From: Thermoplasmata archaeon
Lineage (GTDB): Archaea > Thermoplasmatota > Thermoplasmata > Lutacidiplasmatales > UBA184
DNA length: 64,000 nt
Reading direction: 5' to 3'
Assembly (NCBI GenBank): GCA_030038655.1
Contig: JASHSP010000113.1
Location: 5,420-69,419 of the forward strand
Below the pieces are notes generated by a model, which worked only from the letters and a program-made list of their open reading frames with translations, did not search any database and had not been told where the DNA came from. The stretch's first letter is position 1; the number at the start of each line of letters is the position of its first letter. Below are positions 26,581 through 36,653 of the stretch, piece after piece. Position numbers and translations under genes: made by a program.

Positions 26581-29271
26581 CTACAGATTCCCGGGCTTGC
26601 GGCCCCCGCGCAGGGCTCCGGCGAGGAGGCCCAGCGTCAGTATCGAGATCGCGCCGACTCCCGCCAGTCCGAGCGTCGGTGAGGCATCGAGGGTGCGCGC
26701 CGGCCCCGCGCCCGACGCCCCGCCGCCCACGGCCGAAGCGGGTGCCGACCCCTTCGCGGTGAACGTCACGGCCACGGACTCACCCGCGCCCACGATCTTC
26801 GCCGGACGGGGCGAACCGGCGCTCTTGTATCCGGTCTCGGCCCCGATCGTGTAGGCGTAGGTCCCGTTCGGTTCGTTGAACACGATCGTGGTCGAGGTCG
26901 ACGACTCCTTCGCGCCCCGGACCGTCACGGACCACGACGTGCTCGCGGGAAGCCCCCGTTCCGTGAAGGTGAGCGAGTAGTAGTACACATACTTCAACGA
27001 GACCGAGATCCCCTTCGACGCAAGGCCGAAGGTCCCGGAGAGCGGGATCGCGGCACCCGCCACCTTCGCGGTGATCGTCTGCCCGGCGAGCAGGCGGACC
27101 GAGTACGCGTAGGAGCCGGGCGTCAGGTTGAGATAGCTCAGTCCTGCCGTGGTCGAGCACTGTCCGTCCCCGCCCAGGGTCACGCACCACGACTGGCCCT
27201 TGGGTAGCCCCGACTCGCCAAAGTGGATGGTGTACGTGGGGCCCTTGACGAACGTGAACGAGACCGTCTTCGACGACCCGCTGATCACGATCGTTCCGCT
27301 CGGAGCCGTGCCCGAGACCTGGTGGCCGGCGGGGCCCGCGATGAGGTAGACGTACGACCCGTTGGAGACCCCGAAGCTCGTGGACGAGGAAGTGAGCGAC
27401 CGGACCGTGCCGTTCAGGACGACCGTCCAGGATTTGCCCGTGGGCAGACCGGTCTCGGTGAACGTTATCGACTGGGTCACCGGGCCGAACGTGACGGACT
27501 TGGCCGTGCCTGCCCCGTCGATGGTGAACGATCCCGGGGGAGCGTCGAACTTCTTCGCCGTGGTCCCGATCGAGTAGAAGTACGTCCCGTTGGGTTCGAC
27601 GAACGCGATCGCCGTCGTCAACGAGGAGAACGACTGGCCGTTCGTGAGGTTGACCCACCACGTCGCTCCGACGGGCATGCCGGTCTCGGTGAACAACACC
27701 GCGTACGTCACGAGCGTGAACGTCACGCTCTCGGAAACCGTAGCGCCGTTCACCGTGAACGAGCCTCCGGGAGCCTCGAAACTGGTGTTCGCGGACCCGA
27801 TCGAGTAATCGTACGTCCCGTTCGGTTCGTAGAAGACGATCGAGGCGCTGGTCGAGCTGAACGACCCGCCCCCCGTCAGGTTGACGAACCACTCGGTTCC
27901 GAGGGGCAATCCGGATTCCGTGAACGAGATCGAATAGACCACGAGGCCAAACGGAACGGCCACGACGATCGGCTCGCCGTTGATCCCGAACGACGAGGGC
28001 GTCGCTTCGTAGCTCTTGTTGGCGGTTTGGACGACGTACGAGAAGGTTCCGTTTGGAGAGACCGTTGCGATCGAGGTGCCGGTCGAGGTCAGGGGCGCCT
28101 CCCCCGAGATGTTGACCCACCACTGAGTCCCTGCCGGAAGGCCGGTCTCGTTGAACGTCACCGCGTACGTCACGAGGGAGAAGGGGATCGGCACCGACAT
28201 CGACGACCCGTCCACGACGAACTCGCCCGGCGCCGCCTCCCAGCTCTTGTTCTCCGAGCCGATCACGTACGGGTAGGTCCCGTTCGGCAGCGAGGTCGTG
28301 ATCGTGGTCCCGGTCGATCCGAACGGAGGCTCGTTCGTGATGTTCAGCCACCACTGGGAGCCGGCCGGAAGGCCGGTCTCCGTGATCTCGATGGTGTAGG
28401 TCACCAGCGAATACGAGACGGTCTTGGAAACGCCGGCGCCGTGGATCGAGAACGAGCCGCCCGTCGCCGCGTACTCCTTGTCGACAGTTGCCACCGTGTA
28501 GGTGTAGCTGCCGTTCGTTAGCATCTCGGAGATGGTCGTCGTCGTAGAACTCGCCGGCGGCGCACCGCTCACGTTGACGAACCACTGGGTGCCGGGGGGT
28601 AGGTGCTTCTCGGTGAAGGTTGCCGCGTAGGTCTGGAGAAGGAACACGACGGTCAGGTTGATCGCGGCGCCGTCGACCATGAACGAACCGCCCGGGGCGG
28701 CATACTCCTTGTTGGTCGTCCCGATGGTGTAGGTGTAGCTGCCGTTCGTCAGCTGAGCGGAGGTCACGTTAGCGGTCGTGCCCAGAGACGGGCCGCCGGA
28801 AATGTTGGCCCACCACTCAGTGGAAGCGGGCAGTCCGGATTCGTTGAACGTCACCGCGTAGGTCACTAGTGTAAAGGGGACCGGTATGGTAACGGCCGCG
28901 CCGCTCACCGTGAACGAGCCGCCGGACGCCTCGTACTCGTTGTTGGTCGAGGAGACGTTGTAGTAGTATAGCCCGTTCGGCAGCGCGGTCTGGATCGTGC
29001 TGCCCGACGAGCCGAACGGGGGTTCGTTCGATATGTTGACGAACCACGTGGTGCCGCTGGGAAGATTGCTCTCAACGAACTTGACCGTGTAGATCGGATT
29101 GCCCAGGGGATGCGGCCCGCCGACGGTGGTGGCGGGTGCTCCCGCGCTCGACGTGGTCGGGACGGACGGGGCGCGGCCGGGCGATGTGACCACGTTCCCG
29201 AAACCTCCCGAGACGGCCATCAGGGTCACGATCGCGATCGCCGCTACTGCGAGGCTCACTCTCATCGACAT
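26581..29271 (-). CDS. surface protein made of ~10 tandem ETGLP (Ig-like) repeats with C-terminal TM
   Basis: Signal peptide; ten ~78-aa units of YxVTFxETGLPxGTxWxVN...NGTYxY; hydrophobic tail followed by RGGRK. Confidence 0.8.
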   Translation of the reverse strand: MSMRVSLAVAAIAIVTLMAVSGGFGNVVTSPGRAPSVPTTSSAGAPATTVGGPHPLGNPIYTVKFVESNLPSGTTWFVNISNEPPFGSSGSTIQTALPNGLYYYNVSSTNNEYEASGGSFTVSGAAVTIPVPFTLVTYAVTFNESGLPASTEWWANISGGPSLGTTANVTSAQLTNGSYTYTIGTTNKEYAAPGGSFMVDGAAINLTVVFLLQTYAATFTEKHLPPGTQWFVNVSGAPPASSTTTTISEMLTNGSYTYTVATVDKEYAATGGSFSIHGAGVSKTVSYSLVTYTIEITETGLPAGSQWWLNITNEPPFGSTGTTITTSLPNGTYPYVIGSENKSWEAAPGEFVVDGSSMSVPIPFSLVTYAVTFNETGLPAGTQWWVNISGEAPLTSTGTSIATVSPNGTFSYVVQTANKSYEATPSSFGINGEPIVVAVPFGLVVYSISFTESGLPLGTEWFVNLTGGGSFSSTSASIVFYEPNGTYDYSIGSANTSFEAPGGSFTVNGATVSESVTFTLVTYAVLFTETGMPVGATWWVNLTNGQSFSSLTTAIAFVEPNGTYFYSIGTTAKKFDAPPGSFTIDGAGTAKSVTFGPVTQSITFTETGLPTGKSWTVVLNGTVRSLTSSSTSFGVSNGSYVYLIAGPAGHQVSGTAPSGTIVISGSSKTVSFTFVKGPTYTIHFGESGLPKGQSWCVTLGGDGQCSTTAGLSYLNLTPGSYAYSVRLLAGQTITAKVAGAAIPLSGTFGLASKGISVSLKYVYYYSLTFTERGLPASTSWSVTVRGAKESSTSTTIVFNEPNGTYAYTIGAETGYKSAGSPRPAKIVGAGESVAVTFTAKGSAPASAVGGGASGAGPARTLDASPTLGLAGVGAISILTLGLLAGALRGGRKPGNL

Positions 29272-29500
29272 TGCTTGCTCGCTGGGGGAGGCTCTCGCCT
29301 CCGCCACTCTGCGATGGCGGGGTAATTCGACCTTGGCCATATGCCTTTAGGTTACCGACCCGATACCGCGGGAAAACCCGTTGCCGTATCACCCTCGACT
29401 GTCCCGTTGGAACGACCGATCGGTCCCGAAGGCGTCACGCCACGACGGCCGCAGGGCGGAGCTGCGCCGGAGTTGGGGACTCCGCCCCCGGCGGGGGAAG

Positions 29501-29518
29501 CGCCCGTGCTGGAACTCG
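29501..29518. repeat. att-like imperfect copy of the tRNA-Arg 3' end
   Basis: CGCCCGTGCTGGAACTCG versus CGCCCGTGCTGGGATTCG at 35094-35111 (first 12 identical, 16/18 overall). Confidence 0.55.
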
Positions 29519-30299
29519 CCTAAATGATTGCGCGGTCGGATTCGATCTATCGATAGTAGCGGTTCCAAACGGAACGAGTGCGAGCCAGATTCCGCCCTCG
29601 GCTGATTGGACATAGCGCGAGTGCAAGCCAAGTTTGACCGATCACCCCGGTCCGTCGGTTTCAAGTCTATCGCTCGGTGATCGTAAGCGAGCCGATCGAT
29701 TTGGGCCGAGCCCACCATTGCGCAGGGGTAGCACCAGTTCGCAGGTCGCTTCCCACTCTGTTTAAGGTGCGAATCAGTCCTGTTCCGATGCCGGCCCGAG
29801 GCTCTTCGAGAGTTCGGGTCGACGGTGAGTTTGCACAATCGCGGATTCCTGACGCCGACCTTGCACGAGACTCCAGTCGACCACCCCGAGCTCGATATCG
29901 GGCGTCATACTCCGGTGGAATTCGCTACTTCTTTCGCCACCGCGGAGACTGATCTTCGACAATCGATGGGCGACTGTCTGGGTCTGGCTTGGCCTTGTTC
30001 TGATCATACTGCCGGTGCCGGCCATCCCCTTTGGCTTGGCGGCTCACTACCCGTACGTCCGTTCGACCCCCGCTACAGTTACGGATCGGGCGACTCTGCT
30101 ACTCGCTTTCGGCACCTTCGCCCTCGCAAACGCGGCACTGATTCAAGCGGTGTCGGCAGAAAGGACGCGGCGATACCAACTGACGCTAGGCTTGGAACTT
30201 CGAGCCGCCGTCTCGGCGGGGCCCGCTCCATCTCACGCTGGCCAGAACCCTGTCGAGCGGGGGAAAGGGGTACGCGAAAGTTGTAAGGGGGATTAAGCC

Positions 30300-33200
30300 G
30301 TGCCTGGGGCGATGCGCGACCGCAACCTCGCGCCCTTGGCCGTTGCGGTCGCTGTGGTCTTCCTCCTTCTTGGTTCGGCGAGCCCCGTCGAGGAGCTGCG
30401 AAGTACCTCCGCGTCCGAGGCGGTCCTCAATGAGGCGAGTGCGGCGGTGGGGTCAACTTCCGAGGTTGCGGGCATGGTTCCTGCAGCCGCGCACGTGGGC
30501 GGCGGTGGATCAACCGGGGCGGCCGAGCGCTCTTTAGCGTCGGGGGTTGCGCAGTCGGGTGGCTTCCCGCACGCCGGGCCCGGGCCGTTCACAGTAACGT
30601 TCGTTGAGGGAGGGTTGCCCAGCGGGACCGACTGGTTCGTCGTACTGAACGGGTCGAACGGGTCGTCGTCCGGAACATCCGTGTCGTTTACGAATGTTAC
30701 GCCGGGCGTCGTCGCCTACGAAGTACTTCCGATACACGGGTACGGGGTCGTCCCTTCCAACGGTACGCTGACGATCGCGGCCAACCTTACTCAAGGGCTG
30801 ACGTTCGTCCCTGTTTCCCCTCACCCCGGCACTCTCGAAGTGTACGAGGACGCCCCCGGCGGGGCCCCCACCGTGGACCCGGCCATTTCCTACCAGACGA
30901 CGGGGCTTGAGCCGATCAGCAACGTGTACGAGACCCTGATCACCTACAACGGCAGCAGTGGAACGGATTTCGTGCCGACGCTCGCTACGTGCGTCCCCGG
31001 CACCGCCCAGTGTGTTACCGACTACCACTCCACCCTGATCCAAGACGGAACAGGGGCCTTCGCGGGCCAGCCCGAGTACTGGACGTTCGTTATCGATCCG
31101 AACGCCCGATTCTACGATCCCTCCACCCATTCGTCCTGGCCCGTGTACCCCTCCGATGTCGTGTTCTCGATCGCTCGGACGTGCGCGTTCGCCGACCTCC
31201 CCGTTGTCTACGACGACCCTGGCTGGATCCAATGCCAGTCCCTGCTATCGCGCGGCAACCCGAACTGGGACAGGTCCGGTGGAAATGGATCAGGAATCCA
31301 TTCCCCGTACAACAACACGCCCTCCAACATCCTCGGATCGATGCTCGTGAACGACAGTCGATACTGTCCGGCTGCCGCCCTCGTGTCCGCTCATGGCTGC
31401 ATCACGTTCCGGGCCGAAAGCAACAACCAGACGTGGCCTTACTTTCTCGAGCTCATCGCCGATCCGCTCGGCGCGAGCATCGTCCCGTGCGGCTGGTTCA
31501 CGTACGAGACCGGGGGAATCCCGGGGTGGACGGGGACATCCGCACCCAAGGGCGACGGATCGTGTCTCCTGCCCGACCGGGGAACGACGACGAACTCCTC
31601 CGCGTGGACCGCGTACCTTTCCGGACTCAGTCCGACCGGCTGGGATTCGTTCGAGAAGCTGGCGTACAACTACCCCGCGGTGCAGCCTCAGGTACAGTGG
31701 GACATGGTGGGGTCCGGTCCGTACTCGGCCAGTATCGATCCGGGGGTCTCGTATCAGCTGACGGCCAGCCCCGCCTACGAACAACCCGCCGCCTGCTCCG
31801 CTTCCAGCGGCGTGGCGGTGTATGGCGGGACGTGCGATCCTCCGCCCGGGAGTTTCCCCGGATCGGTCGAGGTCACGTGGGAGAACAACACCAGCCTGGG
31901 GCTATCCGCGGTGGCGGCGGGCCAGGCCGATTTCGCGGAGTATCAGGTGCCGCAGACTCCGGACGTGGTTTCCCTCGCGAGCGACGGTCTCGCCACGTTG
32001 ACCCGTGTGAACACGATCAGTTCCTTGTTCCTTCCGATGGATCTTAACTGGAGCGACTCTCAATACATGGCGGCCCACCTCCCCGGCACCCCGAACATCC
32101 CTGCGAACTTCTTGTCCGGCTTGGCCGCGAGGCAGCTCCTCGTCCACGCGTACCCCTATACCACGATCGAAAACACGGTCGCGACGGTGGACGGTATTCC
32201 GTACGCGAACGAGGAAGGAGGACCGATTCCGCCGGGGATGTCGGCGTACTACCCGACGAACGTTTCCTTCCCGGCGGGAGATCCCGATTACAATCCGACC
32301 GACGTTGGCGGTGCGGCGTGGTGGTGGTCGGTGGGGACCAATTCGAGCTCCCCCTACTACGATGCGGAGCTCGCCGCGTGCACCGTGGGGAGCCCGTGCC
32401 GCTTCCCCCTCGCTGAGGACATCGGTCAACTGATCGGTGGCGCAGCATACGCGGACTGGATCGACGCAATCGAGAACATCACTTCGGGTGCAGTCCAGCC
32501 CACCGCGATCAATCTGACCTACGCTCAAGTGTTCAACGTGAGCTACGGCCAGCCACCGGGAGAAAACGCGCTGCCGGTGTCGGCGCTGGGATGGGCCCCC
32601 GACTACTTTGATCCGACCGACTACGTAGGCCCCCTTGCAGCCCCGGGGGGACCCTTTGTCTCCTCCGATGCCGTGAGTGAGCAGCTTGCGCTCCCCGCCT
32701 ATGACGACACCAGCGGCTGCCATCATTCCTCCGGAAGCTTCGCTGACCTCGCCTACTGGGCGAAGCAGGGCACCCTCGCGGAGGTGTGCCAGGGGGTCGC
32801 GTATCAGACCGCCGTCGACTGGATGAACACGGCGGAGGTGGACGCCAACGAGTCGTCTCGTGCGGTCGACTACGATCTGGTCGAGAGCATCCTGAACGAG
32901 CTCGCTCTGTACGTATGGCAAGGTCAGCTGAACGACGAAGTGCTCGCCGCGCCCTGGATTGCGGGAGACTCGATCAACGAGAATCCCATGATCGGCGGAA
33001 GTGGTTCCGAGCTGTGGTACGACGTCCAGTACCGGACGTCGGCCCCGGCTCCCGCGACCGTCTCCGTCGGCAGCGGACCGGACGCTGTGGTCTACGACCC
33101 CGCGAACGGCGATGTCTACGCGGCCAACTTCTACTCGGGCACAGTGTCCGTAATCAACGCCACCACGCAGTCGGGGGTCGCGACCGTGGCGGTCGGGGCG

Positions 33201-35033
33201 GGACCCCGGTCGCTCCTGGTCGATCCTTCGAGCGGTTCGGTCTACGTCGCCGACCTGAACTCGAACTCGATCACGGTGATCAACGCGACTACGAATACGC
33301 CCGCGGCGACCGTACCCGTGGGGGACCTCCCGTACGCTCTCGCCCTTGACGGGTCCGGCTCCCATGCGTCCGTTTACGTCGCCAACTACGGATCCTCCAC
33401 CGTAACCCGGATCAACGCGAGCTCGAACGCCGTCCGGTCGACGATCTCGGTAGGAAGCTATCCCGAGGTCCTCGCCGTGGACACGACAAACGCGGACCTC
33501 TTCGTCGCGAATTTCGTTTCCGGCAATGTCAGCATCATCGCCGGTTCTACCGTTACCGCGACGGTCCCCGTCGGGCGATTTCCGGAGGCGATCGGATTCG
33601 ACCCCGCGACGAACGAGGTCTACGTTGCCAACTCGGGGTCCGACAACGTGAGCGTGATCTCGGGGTCGTCACTGACCACGAGCGCGACGGTGACGGTCGG
33701 CGGCGACCCCGGTTCGGTACTCTACGACCCCGTCGGCCAAGAGCTCTACGTGGCGAACTTTGGGTCCGACAGCATCAGCGTCATCAACGGGACGACCCAC
33801 GCGGTCGTCACGACAGTCGAAGTGGACCCGATCGCGATGGCGGTCAACCCCGTGAACGGGGACGTGTACGTCGTCGACTCGGGAAACAACACGCTCTCCA
33901 TCATCTCCGCCTCCACGAACACCGTCTCCAGCACGGTTTCGACGGGCAGCGAGCCGACCGCGTTGGCGGTCGATCCCACGTCCGGATCGGTGTACGTGGC
34001 CAACGAAGATTCGGGGAGCGTGTCGGTCGTGCCCCCGCTCGAATCGATTCGAGTCACCGAGGTCGGGCTGGCGTCCGGGATACCGTGGTGGTTCGCCCTG
34101 ACCGGTCTGTTCTCGCGCTCGACCGACCCGGTCCAGCCGTTCGACGAGCCGTCGGGGACGTACGCGTTCGAAGCGGGGGCGGCCTGCTACGACGCGAGCC
34201 CTAACCACGGCACGGTCCTGGTCGGCGCGACGGGGGCGACGGTGACGATTGACTTTACGCCGGTCAGCTGCTACCCGATCACCCTGCACGAAGCGGGGTT
34301 GCCGAAGGGGAGTTCGTGGTCCGTGGCGAACAACGACTCGACCGTCATCGGGACCGAGAAGCTCGTGCTCTCCGAGCCGGAAGGCCCGTTCAGTTACACG
34401 ATCGTTCCCCCCGTCGGGTACGGCGTCGCGAAGGTGGCGGGTCCGGGCGAGCCGAACCAAACCTCCGGAACCGAGGCGGGCGCACCGGTAACTTGGACCG
34501 TGACGTTCGGTGCGCTCGAGTCCCTCTACTTCAACGAGACCGGCTTGCCGTCCGGCACGCCGTGGGCCATCGAGCTGACTCCTGCGCTCGCTCACGGGGG
34601 CCCCGCCGCTCAGGCCGCGAGCTCGGTCGAACCGTCCGTCGACTTTGTGGCCCCTAAGGGCGCGAGCTTCCGATTCGTCGTAAGCGCGCCATCGATCTAC
34701 CTTCCGGGACACGCCCACGGCATGGTCGGTGTCGCGGGCCACGCGACCACGAAGAAGATCGCGTTCGTGCTGTTGACCTCGAAGATCGTATTCAAGGAGA
34801 GCGGTCTCCCCGAGCGCACGAGCTGGTCGATCACCGTCGTGGGCACCGATGCCGCCGGTGTGAAGTGGAACGAGACGCTGAGCGAGTCCACGCCGACGAT
34901 AACCTTCCGGCTTCCGAGCGGCGCCTACGCCTACACGGTCGCCATGATCACCGACCGAACGCCGTCCTCCGCCGGAGGTACGCTATCGGTGGCGTACCCG
35001 ACGCCGCAGACATTCCTGATCTCGTGGACGTGA
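30300..35033 (+). CDS. family-5 (peptide/nickel) solute-binding domain fused to a YVTN propeller and ETGLP-type domains
   Basis: VDPAISY..GLEPISNVYETLITYNG, DVVFSIAR, GSGPY, GWAPDYFDPTDY; then 8 YVTN-like repeats and 4 C-terminal repeats. Confidence 0.8.
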   Translation: MPGAMRDRNLAPLAVAVAVVFLLLGSASPVEELRSTSASEAVLNEASAAVGSTSEVAGMVPAAAHVGGGGSTGAAERSLASGVAQSGGFPHAGPGPFTVTFVEGGLPSGTDWFVVLNGSNGSSSGTSVSFTNVTPGVVAYEVLPIHGYGVVPSNGTLTIAANLTQGLTFVPVSPHPGTLEVYEDAPGGAPTVDPAISYQTTGLEPISNVYETLITYNGSSGTDFVPTLATCVPGTAQCVTDYHSTLIQDGTGAFAGQPEYWTFVIDPNARFYDPSTHSSWPVYPSDVVFSIARTCAFADLPVVYDDPGWIQCQSLLSRGNPNWDRSGGNGSGIHSPYNNTPSNILGSMLVNDSRYCPAAALVSAHGCITFRAESNNQTWPYFLELIADPLGASIVPCGWFTYETGGIPGWTGTSAPKGDGSCLLPDRGTTTNSSAWTAYLSGLSPTGWDSFEKLAYNYPAVQPQVQWDMVGSGPYSASIDPGVSYQLTASPAYEQPAACSASSGVAVYGGTCDPPPGSFPGSVEVTWENNTSLGLSAVAAGQADFAEYQVPQTPDVVSLASDGLATLTRVNTISSLFLPMDLNWSDSQYMAAHLPGTPNIPANFLSGLAARQLLVHAYPYTTIENTVATVDGIPYANEEGGPIPPGMSAYYPTNVSFPAGDPDYNPTDVGGAAWWWSVGTNSSSPYYDAELAACTVGSPCRFPLAEDIGQLIGGAAYADWIDAIENITSGAVQPTAINLTYAQVFNVSYGQPPGENALPVSALGWAPDYFDPTDYVGPLAAPGGPFVSSDAVSEQLALPAYDDTSGCHHSSGSFADLAYWAKQGTLAEVCQGVAYQTAVDWMNTAEVDANESSRAVDYDLVESILNELALYVWQGQLNDEVLAAPWIAGDSINENPMIGGSGSELWYDVQYRTSAPAPATVSVGSGPDAVVYDPANGDVYAANFYSGTVSVINATTQSGVATVAVGAGPRSLLVDPSSGSVYVADLNSNSITVINATTNTPAATVPVGDLPYALALDGSGSHASVYVANYGSSTVTRINASSNAVRSTISVGSYPEVLAVDTTNADLFVANFVSGNVSIIAGSTVTATVPVGRFPEAIGFDPATNEVYVANSGSDNVSVISGSSLTTSATVTVGGDPGSVLYDPVGQELYVANFGSDSISVINGTTHAVVTTVEVDPIAMAVNPVNGDVYVVDSGNNTLSIISASTNTVSSTVSTGSEPTALAVDPTSGSVYVANEDSGSVSVVPPLESIRVTEVGLASGIPWWFALTGLFSRSTDPVQPFDEPSGTYAFEAGAACYDASPNHGTVLVGATGATVTIDFTPVSCYPITLHEAGLPKGSSWSVANNDSTVIGTEKLVLSEPEGPFSYTIVPPVGYGVAKVAGPGEPNQTSGTEAGAPVTWTVTFGALESLYFNETGLPSGTPWAIELTPALAHGGPAAQAASSVEPSVDFVAPKGASFRFVVSAPSIYLPGHAHGMVGVAGHATTKKIAFVLLTSKIVFKESGLPERTSWSITVVGTDAAGVKWNETLSESTPTITFRLPSGAYAYTVAMITDRTPSSAGGTLSVAYPTPQTFLISWT

Positions 35034-35093
35034 AAATCGCGCCGCGGCCCCCGCCCGGTCGGTATCGCACCACGACGCGTCGGACGGTGGCCA

Positions 35094-35202
35094 CGCCCGT
35101 GCTGGGATTCGAACCCAGGTCTGAGGCTCCGCAGGCCTCTAGGATAATCCACTGCAGCGATGCGGGGAATTGGCCCCGACACCGTAGCTACCCCACACGG
35201 GC
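35094..35202 (-). tRNA. tRNA-Arg(GCG) with 34-nt D-loop intron (35152-35185)
   Basis: Acceptor GCCCGTG/CACGGGC; anticodon arm GAGGC-CTGCGGA-GCCTC; GGTTCGAATCC T-arm; BHB-type junction. Confidence 0.9.
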
Positions 35203-35327
35203 ATCGACGCTCCTGCGAGCGCTCGTTCGGCGGCGAGATGGGCGCGCTATAAAAGCTCGGGCTCGAGAACGAACTCCCCCGCGCCACACTTTATACCGGC
35301 CGGCGCGTCCGCTCCCGAGGCGAGGCC

Positions 35328-36653
35328 GTGGCGCGTACGGAATCCGGTGCGTCGTCCGATCCCCTCACCGTCCTCCGGGGCCTCCCGTCCGGACAGCGCG
35401 TGGAGATCCGGGACGCCTCCGGGCACGCGTGGAACGGCGCGATCGTCCCCTCGCACGAGCTCTCGGGAAGCCGTATCGTATCGTTGAAGCTCGAGAGCGG
35501 GTACAACGTCGGGGTGGCGATTGACGCCAGCACGGCCGTTCGCGTTGTCGGAGCGCCTCCGTCGGCGCGCTCCGAGCCGGTTCCGGCGGGCCGCGCGTCG
35601 GTCGAGGGAGATCCGGGGGGTTGGATCACGCTGCTCACGACCGGCGGAACGATCGCTTCTCGGGTCGACTACGAGACCGGCGGCGTCCGACCGGTGAGCG
35701 ACGAGCGCGACATCCTCGCGTTCTACCCGGAGTTGGAGGGTTCGGGGGCGGTCCGCGTCATCCCGGTCTTCGATCGCCTGAGCGAGGACATCGGCCCGGC
35801 CGACTGGCTCGTGCTCGCGCAGCGCGTCGTCGACGCGTTCCGGGCGGGGGCGCGGGGCGTGGTGATCGCCCACGGGACCGACACGCTCGGGTTCACGGCC
35901 GCCGGGCTTAGCTTCCTCCTCACCGACCTGCCCGGTCCCGTCGTGCTCGTGGGGGCGCAGCGGTCGCCCGACCGCCCGTCCTCCGACGGGCCGTCCAACA
36001 TCGAGGCCGCGGCAGCCGTGGCGCGGGATCGTCGGCTCGGCGAGGTCGTGGTGGTGATGCACGCGGGCCTCTCGGACGATCGGTTCGCCGTGCACCGCGG
36101 AACGTGGGTCCGTAAGATGCACTCGAGCCGACGGGACGCGTTCGAGAGCCGAAACGGCCCTCCGCTCGGATCGGTCCACGGAGGGACGGTGCACCTTCTC
36201 CCCCTGGTGCGGCCGCCGTCCGCCGGCCCTCCCCGCGTGGACGGACCGATCGACGAGAACGCCGGGCTGCTCTGGTTCTACCCCGGGCTCACCGTCGCGC
36301 GCGCGCGGGCCTTCGCGGCCGGAGTGCGCGGCGTGGTCGTCGCGGGAACGGGGCTCGGCCACGTTCGCTCGGAGTTGATCGACTGGGTCCGGTCCGTCAC
36401 CGCGGAGGGGGTCGTCGTGGCGATGACCACCCAGTGCCTGGAAGGCGGCGCGGACCCCTACGTCTACGCGACGGGGCGAGAGCTCCTTCGGGCGGGGGCG
36501 CTGTACCTCGACGACCTCCTGCCGGAAACGGCCTACGCGAAGCTCGTGTGGGCGCTGGGGCACGCGGACGACCCCGGCCGGATCAAGGCACTCCTCACCC
36601 AGGATCGCGCCGGGGAGTTCCTCCGGCGGCACCGGGCGGAGGGCGAGGCGTGA
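35328..36653 (+). CDS. gatD: Glu-tRNA(Gln) amidotransferase subunit D
   Basis: KLESGYNVG, TGGTIASRVDYETG, HGTDT, GAQRSPDRPSSD, RKMHSSRRDAF. Confidence 0.95.
   Translation: MARTESGASSDPLTVLRGLPSGQRVEIRDASGHAWNGAIVPSHELSGSRIVSLKLESGYNVGVAIDASTAVRVVGAPPSARSEPVPAGRASVEGDPGGWITLLTTGGTIASRVDYETGGVRPVSDERDILAFYPELEGSGAVRVIPVFDRLSEDIGPADWLVLAQRVVDAFRAGARGVVIAHGTDTLGFTAAGLSFLLTDLPGPVVLVGAQRSPDRPSSDGPSNIEAAAAVARDRRLGEVVVVMHAGLSDDRFAVHRGTWVRKMHSSRRDAFESRNGPPLGSVHGGTVHLLPLVRPPSAGPPRVDGPIDENAGLLWFYPGLTVARARAFAAGVRGVVVAGTGLGHVRSELIDWVRSVTAEGVVVAMTTQCLEGGADPYVYATGRELLRAGALYLDDLLPETAYAKLVWALGHADDPGRIKALLTQDRAGEFLRRHRAEGEA

Larger units (their letters stand above)
29501..35111. mobile_element. putative decayed tRNA-integrated islet
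   Basis: Direct repeat of the tRNA 3' end; visibly lower GC starting right after 29520; no intact integrase seen. Confidence 0.45.

Noticed and set aside
23512..29271. Periodic DNA similarity resembling an array
   Set aside because: Explained by protein repeats (YVTN, ETGLP); no identical repeats with unique spacers, so not CRISPR
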